Below are positions 1 through 11,943 of a stretch of 24,959 bases of DNA, one piece after another. Position 1 is the first letter of the stretch. Every line of letters begins with the position of its first letter. Origin of the DNA: Ginkgo biloba (lineage: Eukaryota; Plantae; Ginkgophyta); NCBI GenBank assembly GCA_024626585.2, contig JANKJI020000004.1:113200713-113225671 (forward strand). Reading direction: 5' to 3'. The translations under genes and the position numbers were made by a program. The notes below the pieces were generated by a model that was not told the origin of the DNA, made no database searches, and worked only from the letters and a program-made list of their open reading frames with translations.

Positions 1-1545
1 TGATGGATATTCCCTCATAGGGGATTCATAATACATTCAATCAAATCACTACTCAAATCCTTCCCTATATTATTTATTTCCTCAATCTCTACTCAACATA
101 GTAGCCACTTTCCTCCTCCTTTTGATGCCACTCACATTCCTCCCACTTAGTTTCACCTAACTTATCACTTCTTCTCCCTCTTTGTGTTTGTGTCCTTCCT
201 ACAACTACTTTTTTCTTGTTGAATTTTCCCTCTTATTCCTCCATAATATTTTACATGAAATGATATATGTCTTCCTTATCCAAAATTGAAGCCTCATTTC
301 ATGGAACCAAAATTTCCTTCTTTCATCCCTGGTTGGTGGAGACTCCATGGTTGCATTGAATTCTATTAACTGATTAAGTACTTTCATTGGAACATCTAAT
401 TAACTTATTTAAATGCCAAAAATTAATTTTCACTTCTTTCTTTGATGTGAATTTGATCCTTCTTCAAGTAGGTTCTTATTTTCTAGTCAGTCATTAACTA
501 TCTTACTCCAATTTCCACTTTGCCTATCCTTCATGTTATTTGATGTTACTATCTTTTATCATTTGTCACCTATCATTATTTTCCATCTATTGATCTTGTA
601 TGTTAGCTGCTAATGACATCATCAATATTCAATTATTAACATCAACCATCAGTTTCATCCTTCCATTCCATCCCCAATTATTACTTATTTGTCAAATCTA
701 AACCAAAAACTTCTCCAAAACTTATGGAAAAACTCAAAGTCGTCGAGAAAAATTTGGTGATTCTCCTACCTAATTCTCTCGTGGTACAAAATTTAAATTA
801 TCCCCTAATCATGTTTCTCCTCAAATTCCCTTTATTTTCTTTCATCCAAATTTTTGAGCTCGTCAAATAGTAATCCTTTCCATTTCATAAAATATATACT
901 GTAGTAACCCCTTCATGTCTTAGCCACCTTTTGGTCCAATACCTCAGTGACTTTGTCTTTCTTTTTATTTAGTACATGTTATTGCCAATTATTTTCCTCT
1001 TCTTTTGTCTCCTCATCTTCTCTTTGATACCCATACAAGTAAATAATATTAAACATAGGTGAAATGTCATAGTCATCATGAAATTCCATCTTATAAGATT
1101 TATTTCTTATCTTTTTTAAAATCTGATAAGGTCAAATATTATTATGATTTAGATTTCTATACATCCCTATTAAAAACCTATCCTTCCTCATATACACCAT
1201 TACCAAATCAATGAGTTTGAATTCTTTATGTTAGTAGGGACAATATTCTATCACTTTGTATTTTGTATTTATATTTGTGAACTACTACTTCACTTCCTTA
1301 TATACCTTCTTTATATTCTCTACCATCATCTTACCATCATCACTGACCCATTATTCACTTNNNNNNNNNNNNNNNNNNNNNNNNNNNNNNNNNNNNNNNN
1401 NNNNNNNNNNNNNNNNNNNNNNNNNNNNNNNNNNNNNNNNNNNNNNNNNNNNNNNNNNNNATAATTCGTGCAGGTGAGCATCTTTCCCTTCGAGAAGGGT
1501 GGGAAGGAGAGAAAATTTAAAAGAAAAGAAGGAACAAACATGCAG

Positions 1546-1640
1546 ACGCGTTAAGAGAGAACAAAGGTTCAAAGCACTAGGAGTAGTGATCACAACAGAG
1601 TAGAGCTCAAATTTTGTTGTAATCTAAGACTGCTTTGACC
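1546..1640 (+). promoter_or_regulatory. Candidate CGCG box (ACGCGT 1546-1551) and W-box (TTGACC 1635-1640) upstream of the TNL pseudogene
   Basis: Exact hexamer matches within 130 bp of the putative ATG, with CpGs intact. Short motifs can occur by chance. Confidence 0.3.
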
Positions 1641-1670
1641 ACTTCCATCTTCATCCCCCTCAAGTTGAAA

Positions 1671-2786
1671 ATGGTTTTAAATTGTTGCATGCAAAGAGTG
1701 GTTAATCCACTACATGTTTACTTAGTTCATATTTTTATCAACCATAAAGGGAAGGATGCCAAGGATAATTTAGCATCATATATTTATCATCTCTTGTAAA
1801 TTCATGGAATTCATGCATTTATTAATAGATAATAGGTATGGATGGGAGAATATTTTCTTGATGTGATTACAAAATACATTCAATCTTCCTTAGTTCATAT
1901 TGTGATTTTCTCTCCCCACTACACTGAATCTTATTGGTTCCTACATGAATTACACTTAATCCTTAGAACCCCTAATGATACAATCATTATCATATTTAAT
2001 AAGTTCGTGCCCAAAGAAATTTTCTAAGAAAAGGTAACCTATGTAGAGGTAATTTACAAACATTACTAAAGATATTCTCAAGAAAATGTGGAGGAAGGGA
2101 GAGACATACTTTAGGAAGTTTCCATCATTTCTAGCTTGTATTTAAGTGACTTAAAAGGGTAAAGAAAGGATTTTATTTATCTATTTTTATAGTTTAATGT
2201 TTTTTCCTATTTTGATTTATTTGCAAATATGAATGTTATATAAAAATAATTTATCTTTTTAACAAATTTTATGGCAATTATTTTTAAAAATTTTAGTGGT
2301 TTTCAATTTTTTTGTCAGATTTGAACTCAAACTAAGTAACTTAGAAAAAAATGTGTGGCATTTCATATTATAGAAGGATTCCAACAATGGTCATATAGGA
2401 GGTGATAAAAAGAATCAAGAGTGAATTCTTAATAGTAGTTAAGTTTCCTATGGGAGTGGAAGAACCTATGGCACAATTAAGAGAATATATCATAAGATGC
2501 AAGATGGAAGAAAACCATGTGGATTTTATGAGGATAATTGGAATGATTGGAAATTGGAAAATAACTCTAGAAAAATCCCTTTTCAACAAAATTTGTTAGG
2601 AGTTCAATTTTAAGAGAGATTCGTACATTAAATATATTAAAATTGAAGAAAAGAAAAAAGAACTATAAGAAGTGAAGTAAAATCTTCTTCATAGGTTATT
2701 GCACCATGATTACTAGGTCCCAAAGGTAAACCAAGGCTAATAAATCAAAAGGAAGAGTACCTAAGAAACATTTATGCTCTTATCAT
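1671..2786 (+). pseudogene. TIR-NB-ARC (TNL-type) disease-resistance pseudogene, cut off by an assembly gap; exon 1 about 1671-2158, exon 2 from 2374 to beyond 2786
   Basis: One frame from ATG 1671 reads ..HIFINHKGKDAKDNLASYIYHLL*IHGIHAFINR**VWMGEYFLDVITKYIQSSLVHIVIFSPHYTESYWFLHELHLILRTPNDTIIIIFNK.., matching the plant TIR motifs (VFINHRGxD, IFSPxYAESxWCLDEL, IIPVFY). Exon 2 reads ..VVKFPMGVEE..MRIIGMIGNWKITLEKSLFNKI (decayed P-loop GMGGxGKTTLAK) and ends LRNIYALII (start of kinase-2) at the gap. Exon 1 has in-frame stops at 1797, 1830, 1833, 2025, 2067 and 2112, with more in exon 2. Confidence 0.92.
2159..2373 (+). other. Phase-2 GT-AG intron between the TIR and NB-ARC exons
   Basis: AAAGG|GTAAAG donor, T-rich body, TTATAG|A acceptor. 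Splicing joins GG+A (Gly) and puts exon 2 in the frame of the P-loop ORF (2402..2599). The position matches the usual TNL first intron. Confidence 0.8.
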
Positions 2787-3501
2787 NNNNNNNNNNNNNN
2801 NNNNNNNNNNNNNNNNNNNNNNNNNNNNNNNNNNNNNNNNNNNNNNNNNNNNNNNNNNNNNNNNNNNNNNNNNNNNNNNNNNNNNNTTCTTATGATTTTT
2901 TTATTTAGAAACTTTTGATCTTTGGATATATTTTGGTCTAGATATCTTCATAATTATAACTCTATGTATTACAAACTTTTATTAATGTAATCTCTTCTTC
3001 TTTGTCTAATTTATTATGGAGAATTGTATTTGAGATATTTGTCTTGAGTCTTTGATTAACTAGATATTATTTCCAAATTATTTGAGTGTGTAGGTTCCAT
3101 ATTTGATTATGTGTAGGTGGTTTGTTAGCTTCACAAATCCATACATTCTATGTTCTTAGGTCACATGTGAAGTTTCATATTTTCATCACCTTTCTATAAG
3201 TTTTTAGGCTTCCAAGATCTATATTGTATTCTTTAACCCAGTATGTGTTTGTGTTTTTTCTTTATTAGGGTTACATATGTGTGCACCAATATGGTATAGT
3301 GCATACTAACATAATATTGAAAAAAGTTCTAAAATAAGACTATTTTCAAATGATTTCTCTGACTATACAATAACAAATCATTGTAGAAGAGTCTTNNNNN
3401 NNNNNNNNNNNNNNNNNNNNNNNNNNNNNNNNNNNNNNNNNNNNNCTTTTATAATGCATTTGAAGGCCATTCCTTCATCCTTCTACCAAGAAGGTATATC
3501 C

Positions 3502-4015
3502 CTTATCCCAAGTATTCAATTTTTATTTATTGTATCCTTTGAGAAAATAAACTAAAGTTTTATTCATAGCCTATATATACCCATCAATTTGAGGATGAAA
3601 GGAAGTTATCCTATTTAACTTGGTATCCATCATTCCCCATAGTACCATCCAAAAGTGACTTAAGAATTGACTGTCCCAGTATGATATTGTGGACTTTGGA
3701 ATTCCAAAGTTAACCCATACATGTTGAAATAATAGCTTGGATACCTCTTAACCAGAGATCATTTTCTTGTAAGATAGCAACATTGTCATCTTGTTAAAAT
3801 AATCCACAACCACCATCAAGTAGTCATGGCCTTACCACATCTTTGGAAATCATCCAATAAAATCCATGGAGATTCTCTCCCATGGTTAGATTAGAATTGT
3901 AAATGGTATATACAAACCCAATTTTCTATTGGCAAGTTTGTATGTACTACAAAGCAGACATCCCTTCATAAATTTAGAAACATCAATATGCATACATGGA
4001 AAATATAGATAGCTT
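3502..4015 (-). mobile_element. Ty3/gypsy (CRM-like chromovirus) integrase remnant: zinc-finger end and rve core
   Basis: A single minus frame reads DVSKFMKGCLLCSTYKLANRKLGLYIP..PWERISMDFIG*FP..GHDYLMVVVDYFNKM..FQHVWVNFGIPKSTISYWDSQFLSHFW..TSFHPQIDG..MNKTLVYFLKGYN..TWDK, with several stops. Confidence 0.92.
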
Positions 4016-4295
4016 TNNNNNNNNNNNNNNNNNNNNNNNNNNNNNNNNNNNNNNNNNNNNNNNNNNNNNNNNNNNNNNNNNNNNNNNNNNNNNNNNNNNN
4101 NNNNNNNNNNNNNNNNTATTTTTAATCTTTACAACCAAGTTATGATTAAATTATATCTCGTAGATTTGACCATTTGCTCACTATTTTATTTTTCTTTAGG
4201 TCATTAGTTAAAAGAATTTAGGCCATTCACTGACAACCTTTAGGTAATTCTTTGAGAACATATATGTTATTAAATGATTTATTATAGGTCATTCA

Positions 4296-4506
4296 CCCAT
4301 TTTATGAACTCTTTAGCTTATTCATTAGACCCCTTTAGTCTGTTCACTAAACCCTTTAGTTCATTTGCTAAACCCTTTGGTCTGTTTGCTAAACTCTTTG
4401 GTCCATTCGGTGAGATCTTTGTTCCATTCACTGAACCCCTTTGATTCATTCACCAAAATATTTGGTCCATTTGATAAACTCATTGTTCCATTCACTAAAC
4501 CCCTTT
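4296..4506. repeat. Degenerate 21-bp minisatellite, about 10 units
   Basis: Units such as TCTGTTCACTAAACCCTTTAG, TTCATTTGCTAAACCCTTTGG, TCTGTTTGCTAAACTCTTTGG and TCCATTCACTGAACCCCTTTGA are directly adjacent. Confidence 0.85.
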
Positions 4507-4931
4507 NNNNNNNNNNCGAACGAATTTTGTTCGTTCGTCAAATAACTTAGTCCATTTGTCGAACGATTGAGTTTATTTTTCCATAATAATAGATAGTCAC
4601 TAAAATGAGCATAAATTTTGAACTGTAGCTCCATTTTTCACTCTCTTGGTACCATTTTGAAGATGATAGATAAGGATACAACTTTCATTGATTGATCATA
4701 AGATGAAAATTTATGAATTTTTCCAAGTTTTCTCTGTAATATGACTGACTTGAAAAATAATAGAAAAATAATTTAGATCTAAAAATGGATTATACACTAG
4801 AATGTATAACCAATTATAGATATACATAGATATGATAGCCTCATACATGGATAGATTTGATGTGAACTTCGAGTATCACTCACTTACATACTTCTAAGAA
4901 AATATAACAAAAGTGGTAGTGGAACATAATT

Positions 4932-4943
4932 TGGTATCAAATC
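4932..4943 (+). other. Decayed tRNA-iMet primer-binding site of an LTR retrotransposon
   Basis: TGGTATCAAATC versus canonical TGGTATCAGAGC, preceded by ..ACA-TAATT and lying about 500 bp upstream of a gag remnant on the same strand. Confidence 0.6.
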
Positions 4944-5441
4944 CCAAGGTATTGGTTCTAAGAGGTTTGACACTTACATCTATTTTTATTTTCAATACTA
5001 TTTTTATTTATTTTAAGCATATGCTTAATTGATGGTGTGGACTAGACAAGAATATAAAAAAGATATTAAAACCACATGAAAGAGAATTAACTAGAGGCAA
5101 GAGAGATACTTCTTCCACCATGGATAAGGAGGAGACAAATAGGGAAGAAGATTATATAAATGCTTTTCCTACAAAGAGATTAGAGGAAAGAGTATATAAA
5201 CTTGATTCTATTCTCACCACACTCCTATGGGATCCAGATCTATCACAATAGATACAAAGATGTCCATAATATACTTCCACTACACAAAAGGGAGTAGATT
5301 ATGCAGTAGTAAATTGATGCATTGACAACACATAATTAGTTACTTCTTCAATAAGTTCAATAGATCTAAGTCATGATGTAAGTGCTACAATTTCTACCCA
5401 CAACTACACTTGGATATTCTAGTTCATTATAGGGATTAGGA

Positions 5442-5814
5442 GTGATTAAGTTAGACACAAAATTAGATATTAAGGATTTCGATGGAACCATAGATGAAAA
5501 AAAAATTATATTATTAGATCCAATATTTGGAGGATTATTTCATTACCCAGGGATTAATGGATCTATAAAAAAACAACTTTTACAAATTGCAAATGGTCAG
5601 GTATGCCTTATCTTGGTAAGAGTATTACACACTCCAACTAGAAAATCTAGAATTTACTACATGGGATTAATTTAAGAAGTTTCTTAGGAGCAAGTTGTAC
5701 CCACTTGGATACATAAATGAGCTCTACAAAAAATGGAAGCAAACTCAAGTGAAAGAAGAACCAAACTATGGAGGAGTACATGGACTCTTTCCATGATATG
5801 GAAATCAAGATAAA
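5442..5814 (+). mobile_element. Ty3/gypsy (CRM-like) gag remnant
   Basis: Across frameshifts: KLDTKLDIKDFDGTIDEKK..QYLEDYF..YALSW*EY..TTWD*FKKFLRSKLYPLGY..KKWKQ..NQTMEEYMDSFH, a retrotransposon gag pattern (FDG..KLD.W, W..F...R..FYP.GY, Q.V.EY..F). Confidence 0.82.
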
Positions 5815-6765
5815 NNNNNNNNNNNNNNNNNNNNNNNNNNNNNNNNNNNNNNNNNNNNNNNNNNNNNNNNNNNNNNNNNNNNNNNNNNNNNNNNNNNNNN
5901 NNNNNNNNNNNNNNCATAATTAATCATAGTCATAGCATAATTAACCATAACCATACATATTAGTTTGGTGATATAACAAAGCATCCTTGTTGAAAATTTT
6001 ATTATTTCCCTTAATTTAGATCTTGGTAAAGAATTGAGGATGCTACGTAAGTCTAATTCATTGCCCTCACTTTTTTATAAGCCCTCCATTAAAGAGTAAT
6101 TTGTCAAGACACCATAATTTGTATTGAATTCAAAAATTTATGGGGATTATTTTCAACCTTACTCTTCTCAACCCATCTTAGGTTTATATGTAAATTGGTG
6201 GCCCCTTTTTAGGTTATAAGGAATGCTAGGAGTAGCATCAATTATGACTTTTATATTTCATGTATTTTCCTTACAAGCATCCTTAAGAAGTATAAGTATT
6301 AAACTAGTGGTTTTTTAAATTACTTGTGTGACATTTTTATTATTGCACTTAGTTTTTATTAATCTATACTTTATATTAAATACATCATTAGAGGACCCCT
6401 TTTTGTATATTCTAAACAATCCTTATTATTTTTTTATAATGGAATTATTATCCATATAGCATTGGGCATAAATCCTTATGATCCATGGCCAACTCTAAAA
6501 TAAAGATGTACATTCTATGAATTTATTTTAGTCCTACATTTAATCCTTGGGGCAATGGGCCATCATGTTTAAGTGCATGCTATTTACTAACAGTATACTC
6601 ACATTGCATTTGGGGTGACTAACAACTAGTTATGACATCCTAGTAGGAATAGGTGATGGATTAATTAGATTAGCATTGACAACATGATGACTAAATGACA
6701 CATATTTATGATTAACAGTTGGTAGAGGCATCACCTTATTTCAATGCTTTGGGACAAAGCATGCT

Positions 6766-6777
6766 GAGGAAGGGAGG
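6766..6777 (+). other. Possible polypurine tract at an internal-region/3'-LTR boundary
   Basis: GAGGAAGGGAGG following GGGACAAAGCA resembles chromovirus pol 3' ends. No partner LTR was identified. Confidence 0.3.
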
Positions 6778-7302
6778 TAATGGAGTGAACGCATTTTACT
6801 TATTATTTTTATATATTATATGTTCTTATTACTTGGTTCATATGTTAGGAGACATTAGCTAATGTCAATCGTATTAAGTTACATGTTCAAAAATGTTCAT
6901 AATGATCACTACCCTAGGCTACCCTTTAGAGACATTTTCCTCTGTAGTTAGGTCTATCCTATAGAAGGGAACTTAAGGTATTACATAGAGACATGGTTGG
7001 ATTTGAACTTATTTTAGCTTGAGATAATTATAAGGATTNNNNNNNNNNNNNNNNNNNNNNNNNNNNNNNNNNNNNNNNNNNNNNNNNNNNNNNNNNNNNN
7101 NNNNNNNNNNNNNNNNNNNNNNNNNNNNNNNNNNNNNNATAAAGTGACCAACTTAACTTAATGTCACTTAATGATTAATGTGACTAACTTAATATGAACC
7201 TAATAACATTAATTTCTAATAGTGTTGAATATTAATGTATTAGGAGAAATTACTATATTGTTCAACAATAAAAAAAAACATTAACAAATTACCATTGGTA
7301 TA

Positions 7303-7590
7303 GGACTAGTATGATTTTAACCATGGAATTTATCATGTTATTAAATTCATATAATACATCATAGTTAGAAGAGTTTATAATATATTAGCTAAAGTTTGAT
7401 CAAACATGAATATAGATAATATGCAAGTATAGGATAAAGGACTAGTATTCTTTCAACCATAGAATTGATCATGTTATTAAATCCATATAATACATCATAG
7501 TCATATGAGTCTCAAATATATTATCCATAGTCCAATCAAACATGAAAATATATAGTACATAAGTATAGGGTAAATTAGTATGCTTTCAAT
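7303..7590. repeat. Tandem duplication with a period of about 136 bp, about 2.1 copies
   Basis: GGACTAGTAT..TCATGTTATTAAAT(T/C)CATATAATACATCATAGT..ATCAAACATGAA..AAGTATAGG starts at 7303 and 7439, with a third partial start near 7575. Confidence 0.88.
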
Positions 7591-8736
7591 GAGGCTTGAA
7601 ATTTGACATCTACCCTTTCCCATGAAGTTATTATTTAGTGGCAATTTTAAATCTTAAATTGCTTATTGTATGACATTTGAATTTTATTTTACAAGTCAAA
7701 TTATTATTCAAAATCAAGAATAACTCAAAATAAAAATGTCATGAATAAAAAAATGATGAAATGGTCTATTAGAGGCTTAGAGGAGTTTCCTCTCCTCTAC
7801 CTCACAGATGACCCTCTTCTACTCCAAGCCCAATTTGGGCTCAGTTTGATTATTGAAATCAATTATCTAGATATACACAAGGAGGAAGGGGACCTAATTT
7901 TGGGTTAGAGTAGTGGGCACCTTTAGAAAATTCATAGACATATTTGTGCTTGTTTATCTCATAGTTTGGTGACTATTTTCACTAGTTCATGGCTCATTTT
8001 TATGCTTGTGGGATGGTTGTGGCTTCATCTCTTCCCAACGGTGGTTTGCAGGTGGTGCTTAATATTTTTCTTGCTCATCACCTTTTTAGGCAATTATTTC
8101 CCTATGGCGGTCGTTGTATGGTAGTTTGAAACTCCCATCATCTTCAAGATCATTATGGTGGTATCCTCTTATTTTGTGGACTATGTAATTATTTCCATAT
8201 GGTGGCCAGTTTGGTGGGAATTTTTTTTTTTTGATCCTTGCATCACTCTTAGCCAATATTTTCCCTTTATTTGCAAGGATCGGTCCTACAATTGGAGTTC
8301 TATTAGTTCTTAGTTTTATGGATTTAACCATATGAGGTCTACATCACCACTAGGGTTCATTTTTTCTTAGAAGTTTGGTAGCCAATCTACCTTTACTACC
8401 AGTTGATATGATATCTCCGTGCATAGTTGTGGTTCAATCTTCAATTATATTCCCTTTTTGGTTTAGTAGCCAATCTACCTTATTTGTGTTCTTTTTGTTA
8501 CTTTCAGTGCCCTGTGTGGTATTCAAGGGATGAAAAGTATGTAAAAAAGTAGTCATTTTCTAGTTTATTCTAATAAGCCTTAAGTGGCTTATGAATGGTT
8601 CTTTTGTTACTATTTTATAATCTTAGGTTTTAGAGCNNNNNNNNNNNNNNNNNNNNNNNNNNNNNNNNNNNNNNNNNNNNNNNNNNNNNNNNNNNNNNNN
8701 NNNNNNNNNNNNNNNNNNNNNNNNNNNNNNNNNNNN

Positions 8737-10279
8737 ACATCAATAAATAATTAGGCCACCATAATCCTTCCAATAATATATTTTGATAGGTTGCACCCTG
8801 TTGATTGAGTTTTCTGCTCAGATAAATTAGGCTCGAGATATTAGGGTTGTAGGCTTGACGGGTCCAACAAAGTCCAAGCATCATTTCTCAAAGAGTGCAT
8901 GAGCCAATATAGGATTTAATGGAAGGAATTTTTTTTGAGATGGCCNNNNNNNNNNTCCTAACAAATATAATATGGCCTTCATCCACTTCTCCACATCTAT
9001 AAATAATTAGGCCACCATAATCCTTCCAATAAGATATTTTGATAGGTTGCACCCTTAGCCATATGGCCACATACTAAGCCTTCATGATATTACTAAATTG
9101 AAATATTGACTTCATATAGTAGTACACACTAATGCAATATTTTATCTAGTCCTATATTTATATAGGATTACTAAAATAAGTTGATAATTAGTTACTTTTT
9201 ATACTAGGATTCTCCCTTCTTCCCTTTCCATTCCTTTAGGATACTACCATGTGGATAGATAGGAAGTTATCTCTTCATACCAATATAGAATAGAAGATAT
9301 TATAAATAATGTAGCATCTAGAATTTATCATTAACTCTTATCTCCTCTTCCCCATTTTCTATCCTAGATAGTTGATCTAGGATGATATATTTTTTGCCTA
9401 GTTTAAGTAGTACATAGAATGAAAATTCTTTGAATAATAAGAGCCATCTATTAACTCTCCCTTGTAAGATAGGTTTATTTATTAAATAAAGTAGTGCCTA
9501 ATGGTCAACATAAAATTTAAATTGATTTTCTAATAAATAATTTCAAAACTTCTGTAAGGTGTAGATCATCCCCAATCCCTCTCTTTCTATAGAAAAGTTT
9601 TTTTTTTCGCTACTATCAATTTCCTGCTCATGAAATAGATTGGATGATCTATCTTCTCTTATCTAGGTTATGCCATAACATAGGTAATAACATAAAGGGA
9701 TGTATCCACATGAATTTAAACTTATTTTATTAATCTGGGTACCTCAAGATAGGAGTTGAGGCTACTTTTCTTTTCAAGACTTTAAATGCCAGTTGCTATA
9801 GTCGTCCCCATTCCTAAGATGTCCCCTTCTTCAACAACTTTTCCAAGGGGCCAGAAATTTGAGCATAATTTGAGATGAACCTTCTGTAATATCCTGGTAG
9901 CTCCAGGAATCCCTTGAGCTACATGGAATTCCTTGGAAGTGGATATTCTAGGACTAAGGCTAATTTAGTCAGATCCATCAAAATACCTTTCTTAGTTACC
10001 ACATTATTTAATATCTTTCCAAAGGGTACTACAAATTGAAACTTTTTTGGGTTTAGAAACAACCTACTTTTTTGATAAAATTATAACATTATTTGTACAT
10101 TATCCAAATGGTTTTCAAATATGAAGTACAAGGTCCAATCATCCTAGAGTACTTTAACATGCTTATCGATAATTTAGATAAATATGTTTAATATCACTCT
10201 GTGAAATGTCACCACTAATGCATTGGTAAGTTTGAATAGCATTACCTTATATGCATAGGGTCACCACTCTTTCATGAAT
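8737..10279 (-). mobile_element. Ty3/gypsy non-chromovirus pol remnant (RT-RNaseH-integrase N-terminus), YLDDW-type
   Basis: Minus strand reads EW*PYAYKVMLFKLTNA..KVL*DDWTLY..LNPKKFQFVVPFGKIL..LKGFLELPGYYRRFISNYAQISGPLEKLLKK..PILRYPD..HVDTS..DHPIYFMSRKL..EREGLGMIYTLQKF..YVDH*AL..RWLLLFKEF..DQLSRI..HEGLVCGHM..GLWWP..FEK*CLDFVGP. Confidence 0.93.
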
Positions 10280-10629
10280 NNNNNNNNNNNNNNNNNNNNN
10301 NNNNNNNNNNNNNNNNNNNNNNNNNNNNNNNNNNNNNNNNNNNNNNNNNNNNNNNNNNNNNNNNNNNNNNNNNNNNNNNGAGGAGAATTTTGGGGGAAGT
10401 CTATAACACCGAAAATTGAGATAATTATTCTAACTACTTCTACTTCACCCAGCCTATTCAAATCCCAGTCATTTTCCATTAATTCCTCCAAGATAAGGAA
10501 ACATATTATTCCCCATACCTCCACTCCCATTATTTTGATCTCCAATTTTGTCCAAGCTCCTTTCATCCTAATGGAAACTCTGTGGCTTGTAGTCAAACCC
10601 TTAAATTTGGGAGCAAATCTAGATGCCTT

Positions 10630-11160
10630 GCTTGGTGGATCAAAAGATTGTCTTCCAAGATTCAAGGGAGACAAATTGATCTCTCTAGAAGAACACCTGG
10701 TTGTTTTTTCCTAGGCATGTATGACATTGGCAATAACTTCTAAGAACATAGTTGTGAGGTCATTTATTTAAATATTAGAAGGTGAAGCATTATCCTGGTT
10801 TAATTCGTTGTATGCCCATTCTATTACCAATTGGGATAGGTTGGATGCCCAATTTAAGAGAAAGTATAATTTTTTGGTTAATAATCATGCCTTATTGAGG
10901 TATTTGACCACCATCTATAAGGAAGAGAAAGGATCTATGAAATATTTCAACANNNNNNNNNNNNNNNNNNNNNNNNNNNNNNNNNNNNNATAACAAGATC
11001 CCTGATCAACTGACTCCTACCAATGAGATCTATTTCTACGTTTACTTACAAGTGTTGTACATTAAGATGAGGTAAAAAATCAAATACAAATATATAGATA
11101 ACCTCATCAATGTAATTATTACTACACAAATTATTAAGAATAACCTTATTGAGTTTCATA
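10630..11160 (+). pseudogene. Tat element gag
   Basis: LPRFKGDKLISLEEHLVVFS*ACMTL..IVVRSFI*ILEGEALSWFNSLYAHSITNWDRLDAQFKRKY..EEKGSMKYFN. Confidence 0.85.
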
Positions 11161-11633
11161 AGATTAATTTGACTCCATCCTCTTACATGAAGTACAAAGA
11201 GAAGAAAATGCTAAATAATCAAAAGCTCTAGAGNNNNNNNNNNNNNNNNNNNNNNNNNNNNNNNNNNNNNNNNNNNNNNNNNNNNNNNNNNNAAAAATAC
11301 GAAGGAGGCCCATTTATCAACCAAATATAAATCAATTCTAGGGGTGAAATTAGTAAGCTTCGCCAAGGCCACCTTTAGGAGAATAATGCTAAATCATTAT
11401 ACTATTATAGGTTTTGTGATGAATACCACACACCAAAAAATCTCCCTAGCTTTATAAGATTTCAATAATTAATAACATAATCTGTAGAAATACCTGAAGA
11501 GGCCAATCCTTCANNNNNNNNNNNNNNNNNNNNNNNNNNNNNNNNNNNNNNNNNNNNNNNNNNNNNNNNNNNNNNNNNNNNNNNNNNNNNNNNNNNNNNN
11601 NNNNNNNNNNNNNTCAGTTCCTGTACTAGTTTA

Positions 11634-11943
11634 GTTTTCATTATACTAGGAAATAATCTACTAATTTTCTATGTATCCACCTATGATTTCCTTATGTATC
11701 GAGAATTTTCTTGTGATTTTATATGTAAGAGGTATGGTGAACCTTAGTGAGGAATTAAATATTGTACACTCTAGTTTCTAGTCTCTTTTAAGAGACATAA
11801 AGCTCTATAGCATGTGGACTGTGATTCTNNNNNNNNNNNNNNNTACTTTCAATTTTAGCTCAAGAAATTCTTATTTTCAAGCTATCGCCACTGCTTGGGA
11901 ATGTTTGGATTAATATTTTTATTTCTTGATTTTGCTATACACA
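11634..11943. mobile_element. Probable nested LTR/solo-LTR fragment interrupting the Tat element between gag and protease
   Basis: Non-coding, T-rich block ending ..GCTATACACA. Tat coding resumes shortly after (YSIIDDLAK*STNMPLLDTLKVPTQ). The left end is hidden in a gap. Confidence 0.4.

Noticed and set aside
205-387. 60-aa ORF and other short ORFs in 1-1360, 19592-19801 and 22529-22750
   Set aside because: No recognisable motifs, and such ORFs are expected by chance in AT-rich repeat-derived DNA.
1842-2027. 61-aa ORF as a functional mini-TIR
   Set aside because: It is only the stretch between stop codons and lacks the first beta strand/BB loop and the C-terminal helices.
2540-2561. miR482/2118 target site at the P-loop
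   Set aside because: GGAATGATTGGAAATTGGAAAA is too diverged from the GMGGxGK-coding consensus to call without a target prediction.
4296-4506. CRISPR-like array
   Set aside because: Units are contiguous with no unique spacers, there are no cas genes, and the context is eukaryotic.
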